In this document: positions 18,531 through 30,478 of the stretch, piece after piece
Numbering within the stretch: the stretch's first letter is position 1
Layout: every line of letters begins with the position of its first letter
Assembly: GCA_943367585.1 (NCBI GenBank)
Contig: CALRJP020000015.1
Span: forward strand, 17,965-81,964
DNA from: Rhizobium sp. Q54
Lineage (GTDB): Bacteria > Cyanobacteriota > Cyanobacteriia > PCC-6307 > Cyanobiaceae
DNA: 64,000 bases
Direction of reading: 5' to 3'
Made by a program: the position numbers and the translations under genes
Notes under the pieces: generated by a model
What the model was told of the DNA's origin: nothing
Seen by the model: only the letters and a program-made list of their open reading frames with translations
Database searches by the model: none

Positions 18531-20135
18531 TCAGGGGTGCAGGCCGGCCTGCCAACGCCGGGCAGCGGCGGCATCGAGCACATCAAGGGTGACCCCCTGC
18601 TGCACCCGCCGTTGGGGCGCCAGCAGCAGGGGCTGCTCCAGGGTCTGGAGGTACTCGGTGGTGAGGCGCAGCAGGGCCGACTGCACCCGGGTCGGATCCA
18701 CCCCCACCAGCTCCGCATCCAGCCGGAACAGCACCTCATCGGTGGGCATCAGCCGCACCGGCGAGAAATGGCTGCCGCCCTCCACCATCACCAGCCGGCT
18801 GCGGGGATCCCGCCCCTGGAGAAACAGGCGCAGCTGCTCCTCCAGGGGGGGCGTCACCAGATCGAGGCTGCCGCCCACCATCAGCACCGGCACCCCGAGG
18901 GAGGCCAGCCCGCGCCGGGGCCAGAGCAGGCTGCCGAAGCCGTTGAGCAGCACCAGCCCCCGCAGGTCGGCGGGGGGAGCGGAGGGCTTCGGCAGCCCCG
19001 TGCTGGGCAACTGGCACTGCAGCAGCCGGGAGGGGTTGGCGATCGGCAGCCGATCGAGGGCCTTGCGGCACCGCTCCCCCAGGCCGGGTTCCGGCGCCAC
19101 CCCGGACGCCAGGAGGGCGGAGAGTCCACCCATCGAATGGCCCACCAGCACCACCCCCTGGCCCTGGACCGGCAGGTCCCCCCGGCGCTGGGCCGCCAGC
19201 ACCGCCTGGATGTCGGCCAGCCGGATGGCCAGGGTCTCGGCGCCCGGCGGTGGCCGCTGGCCGTCGAGGGCGGCCTTGAGGGCGGGGCCATCGCTGCCGG
19301 GGTGCTGCACCACCACCACCGGCCAGCCCCGTTCGGCCAGCTCACTGGCCAGCCAGCCGAATTGGTCGGCATTGCCCCCCAGCCCGGGCATCATCAGCAA
19401 CCAGGGCCGGTCCGGGGCCCCGCTGCCCCCCGACCCTGCCGGCGCCGGCGCCGGCCAGATCTCCAGGGGCAGGGGCTGGGTACGGTGCCCCACCGCCAGT
19501 CCCTGCCGGCGCGGCCGCAGGGAGGTGCGATCACCGAAGGCGAAGGGGATGGTGCGGCGCTCCGGTAACGCCAGGGCCTGGAGGCGCCGCAGGGCCTGGC
19601 GCTGCAGGTCGATCTGCTGGCGCCACTGCAGGGCCAGGTCGTAGAGGCCATCGAGCTGGAGGCTCAGCCGCTGCACCGGCAGGGCCCGCAGCAGGCCGAT
19701 GGTGGAGACGTCCTGACGGGTCTCCAGCAGCCGCTGCAGGGTGGTCTGCAGCACCGCCGTGGAGCTGCGGCCATCGGGGGTGGTGAGCAGGTCACCCAGG
19801 CGGGCCAGCATCTGGCTGCCCGCCCAGCTGTCGAGCAGCTGCTGGCCGAAGCTGGTATCCCGCAGCAGGGGGGCACGCAGCAGGATCTTCAGGTCCTGGC
19901 GACTGCGGGGATCGAGCAGGTCCAGCCAGACCGCCAGATCCCCACCGCCGCCGGGTCGCCCGCCTGGACTGCGGGACCAGCCATCGAGCTGTTCCAGGTT
20001 CACCGGCAGCTCCAGGCCGTCGAAACGGAGCTCCAGCACCTCGGCAGCACCGGCCGCCGGCACCAGGCCCGGCACCGCGATCAGCAGACTGGCCAGCAGG
20101 CCCTTGAGTTGGCGAAGGCGGTGTGAGACAGGCAC
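18531..20135 (-). CDS. secreted alpha/beta hydrolase with N-terminal DUF1400-like domain
   Basis: Signal peptide and nucleophile elbow VLVGHSMGG. The GTG start at 20135 overlaps the divergent MFS ORF start. Confidence 0.75.
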   Translation of the reverse strand: MPVSHRLRQLKGLLASLLIAVPGLVPAAGAAEVLELRFDGLELPVNLEQLDGWSRSPGGRPGGGGDLAVWLDLLDPRSRQDLKILLRAPLLRDTSFGQQLLDSWAGSQMLARLGDLLTTPDGRSSTAVLQTTLQRLLETRQDVSTIGLLRALPVQRLSLQLDGLYDLALQWRQQIDLQRQALRRLQALALPERRTIPFAFGDRTSLRPRRQGLAVGHRTQPLPLEIWPAPAPAGSGGSGAPDRPWLLMMPGLGGNADQFGWLASELAERGWPVVVVQHPGSDGPALKAALDGQRPPPGAETLAIRLADIQAVLAAQRRGDLPVQGQGVVLVGHSMGGLSALLASGVAPEPGLGERCRKALDRLPIANPSRLLQCQLPSTGLPKPSAPPADLRGLVLLNGFGSLLWPRRGLASLGVPVLMVGGSLDLVTPPLEEQLRLFLQGRDPRSRLVMVEGGSHFSPVRLMPTDEVLFRLDAELVGVDPTRVQSALLRLTTEYLQTLEQPLLLAPQRRVQQGVTLDVLDAAAARRWQAGLHP

Positions 20136-21346
20136 AGGGATGGACCAGGGCGCGGTCCTGGTTCACCCAGTTTCCAGCAGCCCTGCGCGACCTGGCCCTG
20201 ATCCGCCTGATCGCCATGCTCGGGGCCGGTGGCGTGCTCTACCTGACACCGATGGTGTTCCACCAGGCGCAGTTCAGCGCCGGCCGGGTCACCGAGGGGC
20301 TGGCCGTCGCGGCGGTGGCGGGCACCCTGGGCCGGATCCTGGGTGGGCTGCTGCTGGATCGGGGCCTGAACTGTTCAGTGCCGGTGCAGCTGGCGGCCCT
20401 GATGGCCATCGCCGGTGACGCCCGGCTGATGGGCACCGGGTCCTTCGGCGGCTACCTGCAGGGGCAGGTGCTGCTGGGCATGGCCATGGGGTTCTACTGG
20501 CCTGCCGTCGAGCTGGCGGTGCCCCTGAGCTGCGCGCCGATGGGCTCGGGGCGGGCCTTCGCCCTGACCCGCAGCGCCGATGCCCTCGGCATCGCCACCG
20601 GAGCCCTGGTGGGGGCCTTGCTCGCCGCTCGGGGATGGCTGCGGGGCATCTACGCCGTGGACATCGGCTGCATGCTCCTGCTGCTGCTGGTGCTGCGGCG
20701 CCAGGGCCTGCCGGATCCCAGGCCCAGGGAGGTGCTGGCCCACCCCAGCCCCTGGGGCCAGTGGATCCCCGGCCTGGTGCCCCTGCTGGCCATCGCGGTG
20801 CTGGCCACGGCGATGCCGGCCCTGATGCAGAGCGCCCTGCCGCTGGAGCTGGTGCGGGGCAGCCTGCAGCGCCGTGCCCTGCCGGAGAGCCTCGGGGCGC
20901 TCACCATCGGCCTGCAGCTGGGCCTGGTGCTGCTGCTGCAGTGGCCGGTGGGTCAGGCCCTGGCCCGGCGGCCGGTGCGGACGGGGCTGGGGCTCAGCCT
21001 GCTCAGCTTCGCGGCTGGCAACCTGCTGCTGGCGGCCTCCGCCTTCAGCGAACGGGGCCTGGGGCTGCTGCTGCTGGCCCAGCTGCCCCTGGCCTTCGGG
21101 GTGACCGCCTTCCTGCCCACCGTCACCGAGGCGGTGGTGGAACGTTGCCCGCTGGAGCACCAGGGGCTGGCCATGGCCCTGCTCTCCCAGTGTTTCGCCA
21201 TCAGCGGCTTCGGGGCGCCGCTGCTCGCCGGTCGGCTGCTGGATGGCCAGGGCCATGGGGCCGGGCTGTGGTTGCTGATGGCCCTGGCCTGCCTGGCGGG
21301 TCTGCCGCTGGTGCGCGACCTAGGCCCCCGCCGGGCGCTCGGCTGA
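20123..21346 (+). CDS. MFS transporter
   Basis: About 12 hydrophobic segments over 407 aa. The start is uncertain because it overlaps the divergent hydrolase start by 13 nt. Confidence 0.75.
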   Translation: MRQAQGWTRARSWFTQFPAALRDLALIRLIAMLGAGGVLYLTPMVFHQAQFSAGRVTEGLAVAAVAGTLGRILGGLLLDRGLNCSVPVQLAALMAIAGDARLMGTGSFGGYLQGQVLLGMAMGFYWPAVELAVPLSCAPMGSGRAFALTRSADALGIATGALVGALLAARGWLRGIYAVDIGCMLLLLLVLRRQGLPDPRPREVLAHPSPWGQWIPGLVPLLAIAVLATAMPALMQSALPLELVRGSLQRRALPESLGALTIGLQLGLVLLLQWPVGQALARRPVRTGLGLSLLSFAAGNLLLAASAFSERGLGLLLLAQLPLAFGVTAFLPTVTEAVVERCPLEHQGLAMALLSQCFAISGFGAPLLAGRLLDGQGHGAGLWLLMALACLAGLPLVRDLGPRRALG

Positions 21347-21541
21347 GGCGGCCGCCTGCTTCTCGACCCAGGCCTCGTGGGGCAGGGGCTCGGTGCCGTA
21401 CTCCCAGTCGTCGTAGTCGGGATCGTTGCGGATGCGCCGGTGGATCTCCTTCTGGGCCTCGAAGTTGTGGGGATGCTCAGGGGCCTCGCCCGCGGCGTCC
21501 GGCAGGGAAGACGGGGTCTCGGGGTGGTCGGTGGCTGCCAT
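21320..21541 (-). CDS. small acidic hypothetical protein
   Basis: Uses internal ATG (MAATDHPE...) of track ORF 21320..21583. Coding-like GC3 and no recognised motif. Confidence 0.45.
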   Translation of the reverse strand: MAATDHPETPSSLPDAAGEAPEHPHNFEAQKEIHRRIRNDPDYDDWEYGTEPLPHEAWVEKQAAASAERPAGA

Positions 21542-21575
21542 GGCCCTGCGCTCCTGGTGAAACCATCCTCGCCGA

Positions 21576-22742
21576 TCACCCACCCCGCAGGCTGTCGAGG
21601 CGGTCGGCGTAACCGGTGAATTCGCCGTACCCCCGACCGAGCAGCGGCAGCTTGCCGCGATGGCCCCGATAGCCCAGGGCCCCCTCCCAGTAGGTGGCTG
21701 AGGCCGTGGTCAGCTCCTGGTCGGCCATCCGGGGGGTGATCTCCAGCTCCAGGTCCAGCCGTGGAATGGCGAGCGTCCAGGCCGCGGGGTAGGAGGCACC
21801 GCTGTGGGGGCTCCGCCAGGTGCGCTTCACGGTGAGCGCGTAGTCGTCGGCCGCCAGCTCCACCTCGGCGTCGGCAGCGATCCAGCGGCCACCGCTGAAC
21901 GGCTCCTTGGCACCGTCCTCCCGCCGCAGGCCATAGAGCATCAGGGCGGAGCCGTCCTCGAACTGGGCGGAGAACCAGTCCCAGCCCACGGTGCCCGGGC
22001 TCAGGACGCTGGTGGAGAACTCATGGTCCTTCCAGCTGACACCGCGGACGGCATGGTCGCAGCCCGCCACCGTGATGGTGCCCTCGGTGGGCTGCTGCAC
22101 CAGGGAGTAGTAGTGCGAAGCGTTGCCCAGCTCGGGCCCCTTGCGGCTGAGGCCGTCCTGGCCCTGGAGCACGGGGGGCCTGCTCTGGCGGAGGGTCAGG
22201 TCGATGGCCATGGCGTCGGTGGTGGCCTTCAGCCGCACCCGATCGGGGCCCTCCGCACTGATGCGCCAGTCGTTGAGCCACACCGCGTAGGGATCGGCCT
22301 CGGCCCCGGCCAGGCCCAGGGCACCGCGCGCGAAACGCTCGTCCTGCAGAAAGGTGCCGGCGGCGATGTCGCTGACGGTGAAATGGGCCGAATACACCTG
22401 GGGGGTGCGCCAGGGGGAGCCGGCGTTCGCAGCGACCCCTCCAGGGGCGGCGGAGGCCAGGGCCTGGCGGAAGATTGTGAACTGATAGCCGAAGGGGCGT
22501 CCGTCGTCGCCCTCCAGGTTTCCCGTGTAGTACCACCACTCGGTCCGGTACTCGGGATGGGGGCCGAAGTCAGCGGGGAACTGCCACTGACGCGGGGTGA
22601 AGGCCCGGACGAAGCCCTCGGGCTCCGGCGCCTCCCCCCAGCGGATGCCGCTGCTGGCCCCGGCCGGGGCCGCTCCGGCCAGGTTCAGCATCAGCACGGC
22701 CACCAGGGCCAGCAGGGTGCGCAGGGGATGGGGGTGCTTCAT
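21576..22742 (-). CDS. AttH-like / CrtC-domain lipocalin-fold secreted protein
   Basis: Signal peptide and the [14 protein letters not shown] motif typical of AttH/hydroxyneurosporene-synthase-like domains. A 4-nt overlap joins it to the upstream FtsX permease gene. Confidence 0.75.
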   Translation of the reverse strand: MKHPHPLRTLLALVAVLMLNLAGAAPAGASSGIRWGEAPEPEGFVRAFTPRQWQFPADFGPHPEYRTEWWYYTGNLEGDDGRPFGYQFTIFRQALASAAPGGVAANAGSPWRTPQVYSAHFTVSDIAAGTFLQDERFARGALGLAGAEADPYAVWLNDWRISAEGPDRVRLKATTDAMAIDLTLRQSRPPVLQGQDGLSRKGPELGNASHYYSLVQQPTEGTITVAGCDHAVRGVSWKDHEFSTSVLSPGTVGWDWFSAQFEDGSALMLYGLRREDGAKEPFSGGRWIAADAEVELAADDYALTVKRTWRSPHSGASYPAAWTLAIPRLDLELEITPRMADQELTTASATYWEGALGYRGHRGKLPLLGRGYGEFTGYADRLDSLRGG

Positions 22743-25371
22743 TCCTGCCGCAGCGACTCGCTGATGTTCATGCGGCCGAGGCGCAGGGCCGGGTAGAGGC
22801 CCGCCAGCACCGCCGCACCCACCGCGACCAGCAGGGACTGGACGAAGAAGCGGGGCTCCAGGGCGATCTGCAGGGTCCAGCCGAAGGAGCGCACGTTGAT
22901 CACATGCACCAGGACCCAGGCCAGCCCGTAGCCCAGGGGCATCGAGCAGGTGCCGGCCAGCAGGCCCATCAGGCCGGTCTCCAGCAGGGTGAGGCGCCCC
23001 AGCTGGAAAGGCGTCATGCCGCCGGCCCGCAGCACGGCGAACTCCCGGCCCCGCTCCAGCTGCAGGCTCATCAGGGTGCTGAAGATGCCGATGAAGGCCA
23101 CCAGCACCGTGAGCAGCTGCAGGGCTCCGGTGATGGCGAAGGTGCGATCGAAGATCTCCAGCGAACCCTGCCGCAGGGCGCCGTTGGTCTGCACCAGCAG
23201 GCTCTGGCGGCTGCGGAAGCCCTCCCGCAGCTCGGCGGCCACCGCCTCGGGCTCCACGCCCGGGGCCAGGAACAGCCCCAGGGAGGCGACGTTGTCGTCG
23301 TGCCAGAGCTCCGCCACCTGGGAGCGGTCCATCAGCACGCTGCCGCGGTCGGAGGAATAGTCGTAGAAGACTGCGACCACCGGGAAGCTCCGTTCGCCGT
23401 CAGGGGTTTCGAGCCTGACCTGCTCGGGGATGGCGCCCTGGCCGTCGCGCAGATAGACGGCCTCGGAGAGGATCACCCCCTCGCGGGCCGCCAGGGCGGC
23501 GAAGGGATCGTCAACGCCCGGGCGGACCCAGGCGTAGGGGCGCCGGCCGGCGGAGACGTCGCCACCGGCGGCGATCAGGGTGATGTCCCGGTCCTGGTCG
23601 ACCAGGTGCACGTCGAAGCTGTTGAAGGTGACCAGGGCCCGCAGGTCTGGGCGCGCGGCGACGGCCCGGACGATGGCGGGATCCACCTTGCCCAGCACCC
23701 GGTTGGCCGTGGTGCTCGGGGGAGAGACGAACAGGTCGGCCTGGAGGGTCTGGTCGAGCCAGGTGACCACCGTGCCCCGGAAGGAGCCGATCATGATCGA
23801 GAGCCCCACGATCACGGACACCGCCACCATCAGGGCCGCCACGGCCACCGCGGTGCGGCTGAGGGAGCGCAGGATGTCGCGGGGGGCGAGGCGGGCCACC
23901 ACCCCCAGGCCGCCGCCGGCCCTGCCCAGAGCTTCCATCACGGCGACCAGCACCGGCGGCATCAGCAGGGCGGCCCCCATGAGCAGGGCGAACAGGCCGG
24001 CGAAGGCGGGCACCAGCCCCCGGCTGTCCCAGCGCAGCAGCAGCACCCCCAGGCCACCGCTGACGACGGCCGCCAGAAGAAACCAGGGCAGCAGCCGCTG
24101 CCAGCCGGCCTCGAGGCTGGAACGCTGCAGGGTCATCTGCGGCGGGGTGGCCATCGCCTCCCAGGCGGGCAGGGCCGAGGCCACCAGGGCCGAAGCCACC
24201 CCCACGAGCATTCCCTTGGCCAGGGTGAATCCCGAGAGGCTGATCTGCCGCACCGAGACCACGAAGTAGAAGTCGTTGATCGTCTGGGTGATCAGGCCGA
24301 CGACGGTGCGCCCCAGCACCACCCCCAGCACCAGGCCCAGCAGGGACCCCACCAGGCTGAACAGGGCCGCCTCCCCCAGGATCAGGCTGAACAGCTGGCC
24401 CCGGGTCACCCCCAGGCAGCGCAGCACCCCGAAGAGGCTGCGGCGCTGCACGACGCTGAAGGTGACCGTGTTGTAGATGAGAAAGATGCCCACCACCATG
24501 GCCAGCAGGCTCATGGCGGTGAGGTTGAGTTCGAAGGCGGCCGTCATCTGCTGCACGGCATTGCCGCGGGCCGCCGCCGTCTCCAGCTTCAGCCCGGTGG
24601 GCAACCAGGTGCGGAGGGCCTGCTCCTGGGCGGGGCCGTCGAGGATCAGATCGATGTGGCCCAGGGCCGGGGCCGCAGCGGCGCCGGCGGGGGCGAGCAG
24701 GTCCTGGGCGGTGGCGATGTCCACCAGCAGCAGGGTCTCAAGCCCCCGGCGCTCCAGGGCCGAATCACTGCTGACGCTGCCCACCAGGCGCAGGGCCGAC
24801 GTCCGCCCGCCCAGATCGAGATGCAGGGTGCCGGAGGCGTCGGCGGCGCCGGGGTGGAGGCCGTAGCGCTCGGCGGTCTCGGCGGCGATCACGGCCGTGC
24901 CGGGCTCGGTGAGGAAGGGCACGAAGCCCCTGCCGCCGGGTTTCCCGCCGCCGCCTTGACCATCGCCGTCGCCGCCCAGCAGGCCGCGGAAGGGCGCCTC
25001 GCTGAACAGATCGACCCCCACCAGCCGCAGCAGCTCCCCTTCCAGCTCCTCGGCCCGGCCGTAGGCCTCGATCACCGGCGCGGCGGGAATCTCCGGGAAA
25101 CGCTGCCGCAGGGCGACGAAGGTGGCGTCGGGGACGCCACCGGGCCCGATCGCCACAAGGCGGTGGGTGGTGCGGCCCGTAATGGCGTCGGTGGAAAGGG
25201 AGAAGGCCCGCTGGGCCGAGCCGCTGGCCAGATCGATCGACACCAGCATCGCCACCCCCAGGGCGATCCCCAGGATGCAGAGCAGGTACTGGAGCGGGCG
25301 GCGACGCCAACGCCGGGCCGCGAGGCGCCACAGGGGCCCGTTGCAGACCACGGGCGGTGCATCCCCCTGGT

Positions 25372-25375
<4 letters not shown>
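22739..25375 (-). CDS. ABC transporter permease with two FtsX/MacB-type modules (878 aa)
   Basis: Two 4-TM FtsX-like blocks are separated by large extracytoplasmic domains. It overlaps the ATPase gene by 4 nt. Confidence 0.85.
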
Positions 25376-26091
<716 letters not shown>

Positions 26092-26153
26092 TCAGCCATC
26101 GGCCTCACGGCCACCACCACAGGAGCGGCCCCAAGGTAGGGAGGCACCGCCGC

Positions 26154-27044
26154 TCACCGGGAGCCGGCGCTGAACCAGCGGGCCAGGGCCGACACATCCT
26201 CCTCGCCATGGCCCGCCGCGATCAGGTCGTCCTCCATCTCAGCCACCTGGCGCGCCACCGGCAGCCGCAGGCCGGCGGCGGCAGCGGCCCCCAGGGCGAT
26301 CGCCAGATCCTTGCGGTGCAGGCGGAGCCGGAACCCGAGCGGGAACTCGTTCCGCAGCATCGAACCGCCGCGGTGCTCCAGGGCCCAGGAGCCGGCGGCT
26401 CCGCCGAGCAGCGCCTGCCGCACCTCCTCCATCGGCAGCCCGAGGCGCTGTCCCAGGGCCAGGGCCTCCGCCACCGCCGCGTAGCAGCCCGCCACCAGCA
26501 CCTGGTTGACGGCCTTGGCCTCCTGGCCGGCCCCCACCGGGCCGAGGTGGGTGATCGTCCGGCCCACCGCCGCCAGCACGGGACGGGCCCGCTCCACGTC
26601 GGCGGCCCCACCCCCCACCAGCACCGAGAGCGTGCCCGCCCGGGCCCCCTCGGTGCCACCGGTGACCGGCGCATCCAGGTAGGTCACCCCGCGTCGGGCC
26701 AGGGCGGCGGCCAGGGTTCGGGACGTCTCCGGCGCGATGGTGGAGAAATCGACCACCAGGGCCCCGGGCGCCAGGCCGGCCACGGCGGCGACGGCGCTGC
26801 CCTCACCCAGCAGCACTTCCTTCACGGCTGTGTCGTCGCTCAGGCAAAGGGCCAGCACGGCGGCGCCCTGGGCCGCCGACGCCGGCGTGGCCGCCCGCCG
26901 GGCGCCTGCGGCCGCCAGGGGCCGTTCCCGCTCCCGATGGCGGTTATGGACCGTGAGCGGAAAGCCCTTCGCCAGCAGGTTGGCCGCCATCGGCGCCCCC
27001 AGGGCCCCCAGGCCGATGAAGGCGACGGTTGTGGAGGAGGTCAT
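26154..27044 (-). CDS. NAD(P)-dependent oxidoreductase, 3-hydroxyisobutyrate/6-phosphogluconate dehydrogenase-like family
   Basis: VAFIGLGALGAPMAANL dinucleotide fold. ATG 27044 is preferred over track start 27104, whose extension runs through a tandem repeat. Confidence 0.82.
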   Translation of the reverse strand: MTSSTTVAFIGLGALGAPMAANLLAKGFPLTVHNRHRERERPLAAAGARRAATPASAAQGAAVLALCLSDDTAVKEVLLGEGSAVAAVAGLAPGALVVDFSTIAPETSRTLAAALARRGVTYLDAPVTGGTEGARAGTLSVLVGGGAADVERARPVLAAVGRTITHLGPVGAGQEAKAVNQVLVAGCYAAVAEALALGQRLGLPMEEVRQALLGGAAGSWALEHRGGSMLRNEFPLGFRLRLHRKDLAIALGAAAAAGLRLPVARQVAEMEDDLIAAGHGEEDVSALARWFSAGSR

Positions 27045-27072
27045 CAGGGAAGAGCAGCGTGTCGGCGGTCGT

Positions 27073-27102
27073 GCGGACGGCGAAACCGCGGACGGCGAAA
27101 CC
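27073..27102. repeat. perfect 15-bp tandem duplication (GCGGACGGCGAAACC x2)
   Basis: Read directly at 27073-27087 and 27088-27102, just upstream of the oxidoreductase start. Confidence 0.9.
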
Positions 27103-27378
27103 ATCGACAGGAACGACAGTCCTGGCCCTGGAGGTTAAGCGGCACGACCCCAGGTCCATCTGCCGAGGCCACCGAAGCCGGCACTCCCAGGGGCAGGATT
27201 CAGCGCTCTGATCGACTGGTTCCAGAGCTCTGATCGTCGGATTGGCCAGGCCGTGGAGAGACGATCATCGGCCCGTTGTGAATCCACTTCGTCTGCAAAC
27301 CCGGGGCCCGCAACCAGGCGGAAAAGCTCGTCTCAGCAAGCCAAGGTATGCTCCTCAGACGCATCACAATGGCCCTCC

Positions 27379-29397
27379 ATGTCGGCACCTGACACCATGG
27401 TCACCATGGGTAGGCTTCGTCGCTGGGTGGCGAACAGGATTCCGCACCGGTTGAGGCAGAGATTGCAACGTGTCCGGAGAGTGATATCGACCCTGGGTGA
27501 TCTCATCGCTGGCCACCAGTCCGCAACAACCGCACTCCAGAAGCAGATCCGTGAAAGTCATGCGTTAAGTGAGCAACTGCAGCTTCTGGAAGAGAGGCTG
27601 GCCTTGATCGAGCATGTGAGTTGCCGCAATCCCCACGAAGTTTCGGCGTCATCGCAGGCCGGTGGAGCGATGGTCTCCATCATCATGCCCACATTCAACC
27701 GGGCCTTCTGCCTCAGCGAAGCCATCGACAGCGTCCTCGGCCAAAAGGGCGTGAACTGGGAACTGATCATCATCGATGATGCCAGCTCTGATAACACCTC
27801 AGAGATTCTTGCTCGCCATCAGAATGACCCCAGGATTCGGCTGATTTGCAATTCCTCAAACTGCGGTGCTGCCGTTTCCAGGAACCGTGGACTTGAGCTG
27901 GCGAAAGGGGAGCTGATTGCCTACCTGGACAGCGATAACGTGTATTTTCCTGGCTTTCTGAGCTCGGCCTCCGCCGCCCTGGCCTGCCACCCGGACGTGG
28001 ACCTTGTCTACGGAATCCTGGCCTCCGAAGCGGAGAATCATGGGGGCCACAAGGACGCGAGAGTGTACTTTTATCGGCCGTTCAACAAAGAAGATTTCTT
28101 CGTTGGAAATTGCATCGACCTGAACACCGTCATGCACCGTCGGGCCCTGACCTCCCGGTTCGGAGGATTCGACACCTCCCTCAGGCGGCTCATGGACTGG
28201 GATCTGCTCCTGCGCTACACCCAGGAGAAACCGCCCCTGGCGATTCCGACACTCGCCAGCCTGTACAGAACCATTGACCCCGCCCGGATCACATCGAGGG
28301 AACTCTGCGGCCCTGCGCGCTTTCAGATTCTGAGGCGCTGGTATCCGCGGACCAGCCCAGCGCGACCGCTTCGCGTGTTGTTTGCAGTCTGGCATTATCC
28401 CCAGCTGAGTGAAACCTATATCGAAGTCGAGATTCAGACGATGCTTCGCTGGGGGGTAGACATCAGGGTGTGGCGCGAGGACACATCGACGCCAGCTTCG
28501 CCCTACCCCCCATCCATTTCTATTGAGGAAGGAGACCTTCAGGCCGCCATCCACTCCTTCCAGCCCGATGTCATCCATTGCCATTGGTCGAGCTTCTGCC
28601 TGCGAAACGCTGAACTCCTGTCGCACCTTGCCATACCGGTGACCTTACGGCTGCATGGATTTGACGTCACAACGGCTGTGATGAGCAAGCTGCAAGCGGA
28701 GTCATGGATTTCTCGAATCTATGCCTATCCCAACCAGATGCCCCTGCTCCATGGATCCGATGATCGCTTCTGCAGCCTGCCTGCCGCCTTCGACAGCACC
28801 CGGTTTCGGCCGGCCCGCGAGAAGAACCGGCGGCTCGTGATTCGCACGGGTGCCACACTACCAAGCAAGAACATTCCGATGTTTCTTGAACTGGCGAATC
28901 GACTGCCGGAGTTTCATTTCATCTTTGCTGGCGTGACGTGCCTGTACAAGGAGGAGATGGTTGATGAGATCAAGCAATGTCATCGCCAACTGAACTCCAG
29001 AGCGGAGCTTCTTTTCGATGTCCCCCACGACGAGATCGCGAAGCTCGTGGCAGAGGCAGGAATCTATTGTCATACGGCCCACCTCAAGGGAACCACCCAC
29101 GCCACTCCCCTGGGGATGCCCATCTCCATGGCAGAGGCGCTGGCGACCGGGTCCTATGTCCTGGCGCGTCGTTGTCCGGAATTCAAGTGGATGCTCACGG
29201 ATGCCGGAGATTTCTATGGGGATATCGATGAGGCCGTCGACCTGATTCGCAACACACTCAGCTGGACGGATGATGTCTGGCGGGAGGTCGGCGACAGGGC
29301 CCTGGAGCACGCCTTCACCAGCTTTGCGGATGAGATCGTGCTGCGACCGATGTTCGAGGACTGGTGTCGACTGCAGGAGGCTGGTCTCAGACGTTGA
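27379..29397 (+). CDS. bifunctional glycosyltransferase: coiled-coil N-terminus + GT2 domain + GT1/GT4-like domain
   Basis: GT2 motifs VSIIMPTFNR, IIIDDASSDNT and YLDSDNV. The C-terminal half is GT4-like (GMPISMAEALATG). GC is markedly lower than in the flanks. The start is taken at ATG 27379 (track start 27253). Confidence 0.8.
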   Translation: MSAPDTMVTMGRLRRWVANRIPHRLRQRLQRVRRVISTLGDLIAGHQSATTALQKQIRESHALSEQLQLLEERLALIEHVSCRNPHEVSASSQAGGAMVSIIMPTFNRAFCLSEAIDSVLGQKGVNWELIIIDDASSDNTSEILARHQNDPRIRLICNSSNCGAAVSRNRGLELAKGELIAYLDSDNVYFPGFLSSASAALACHPDVDLVYGILASEAENHGGHKDARVYFYRPFNKEDFFVGNCIDLNTVMHRRALTSRFGGFDTSLRRLMDWDLLLRYTQEKPPLAIPTLASLYRTIDPARITSRELCGPARFQILRRWYPRTSPARPLRVLFAVWHYPQLSETYIEVEIQTMLRWGVDIRVWREDTSTPASPYPPSISIEEGDLQAAIHSFQPDVIHCHWSSFCLRNAELLSHLAIPVTLRLHGFDVTTAVMSKLQAESWISRIYAYPNQMPLLHGSDDRFCSLPAAFDSTRFRPAREKNRRLVIRTGATLPSKNIPMFLELANRLPEFHFIFAGVTCLYKEEMVDEIKQCHRQLNSRAELLFDVPHDEIAKLVAEAGIYCHTAHLKGTTHATPLGMPISMAEALATGSYVLARRCPEFKWMLTDAGDFYGDIDEAVDLIRNTLSWTDDVWREVGDRALEHAFTSFADEIVLRPMFEDWCRLQEAGLRR

Positions 29398-30478
29398 AGA
29401 GGAACTCCATCACATCCCCCTCAGCCACCACGTATTCCTTCCCCTCACTGCGCAGCCAGCCCCGGTTGCGGGCTTCGGCCAGGGTGCCCGCCTCCAGCAG
29501 CTGGCCGTAGGCGACGGTCTGGGCCCGGATGAAGCCCCGTTCGAAATCGGTGTGGATCACACCGGCGGCCTGGGGGGCGGTCATGCCGGCGGTGATCGTC
29601 CAGGCCCGGGTCTCCTTCTCGCCCGTGGTGAAATAGGTGCGCAGACCCAGCAGGCGGTAGGTGGCGCGGATCAGGCTCTGCAGTCCTCCTTCGTTCACCC
29701 CCAGTCCCGCCAGGTAGTCGGAGCGCTCTTCGGCGGCCAGATCCACCAGTTCGGCCTCCACCTGGGCGGAGATGCGCACGGCTTCGGCCCCCTCCCGGGC
29801 AGCCAGCGCCTCCACGGCGCTCACCCAGGCGTTGCCGCCGGCGAGGTCGTCCTCGCTCACATTGGTGGCGTAGATGATCGGCTTGGCGGTGAGCAGGCCG
29901 AGGTTGCGAACCAGGGCCTGCTCCTCCTCGCTCAGGGTCACCCGGCGGGCGGCACCGCCCTGCTCCAGTTCCGCCTGCAGCCTGGCCAGGGCCGCGTCCT
30001 CGGCGGCGGCCTCCTTGCTGGTGCGCATCTGCTTCTTGAGCCGCTCGCGCCGCTTCTCGATCTGGGACAGGTCCGCCAGCCCCAGCTCCAGGTTGATCAC
30101 CTCGGCGTCCCGCACCGGGTCGACGCTGCCGGAGACGTGGATCACGTCGTCGTCCTCAAAGCAGCGCACCACGTGGACGATGGCGTCCACCTCGCGGATG
30201 TTGGCCAGGAACTTGTTGCCCAGCCCCTCCCCCTGGCTCGCCCCCTGCACCAGCCCGGCGATGTCGACGAATTCCACCCGGGTGGGGACGATCTCCTTGG
30301 AACGGGAGAGATCGGAGAGCTTCTGCAGGCGCTCATCGGGCACCGCCACCACCCCCACGTTGGGCTCGATGGTGCAGAAGGGGAAGTTGGCCGCCTGGGC
30401 CTGGGCGTTGGCCACCAGGGCGTTGAAGAGGGTCGACTTGCCCACGTTGGGCAGCCCGACGATTCCGGCTTTGAGCAT
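29387..30478 (-). CDS. ychF: redox-regulated ATPase YchF
   Basis: [17 protein letters not shown] and a C-terminal TGS-like region ...[14 protein letters not shown]. Confidence 0.96.
   Translation of the reverse strand: MLKAGIVGLPNVGKSTLFNALVANAQAQAANFPFCTIEPNVGVVAVPDERLQKLSDLSRSKEIVPTRVEFVDIAGLVQGASQGEGLGNKFLANIREVDAIVHVVRCFEDDDVIHVSGSVDPVRDAEVINLELGLADLSQIEKRRERLKKQMRTSKEAAAEDAALARLQAELEQGGAARRVTLSEEEQALVRNLGLLTAKPIIYATNVSEDDLAGGNAWVSAVEALAAREGAEAVRISAQVEAELVDLAAEERSDYLAGLGVNEGGLQSLIRATYRLLGLRTYFTTGEKETRAWTITAGMTAPQAAGVIHTDFERGFIRAQTVAYGQLLEAGTLAEARNRGWLRSEGKEYVVAEGDVMEFLFNV

Noticed and set aside
20123-20135. 13-nt overlap of the divergent hydrolase and MFS start codons (both GTG).
   Set aside because: This is most likely a start-codon assignment artefact of longest-ORF calling for the MFS gene, rather than a real overlapping divergent pair. 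It cannot be resolved from sequence alone.
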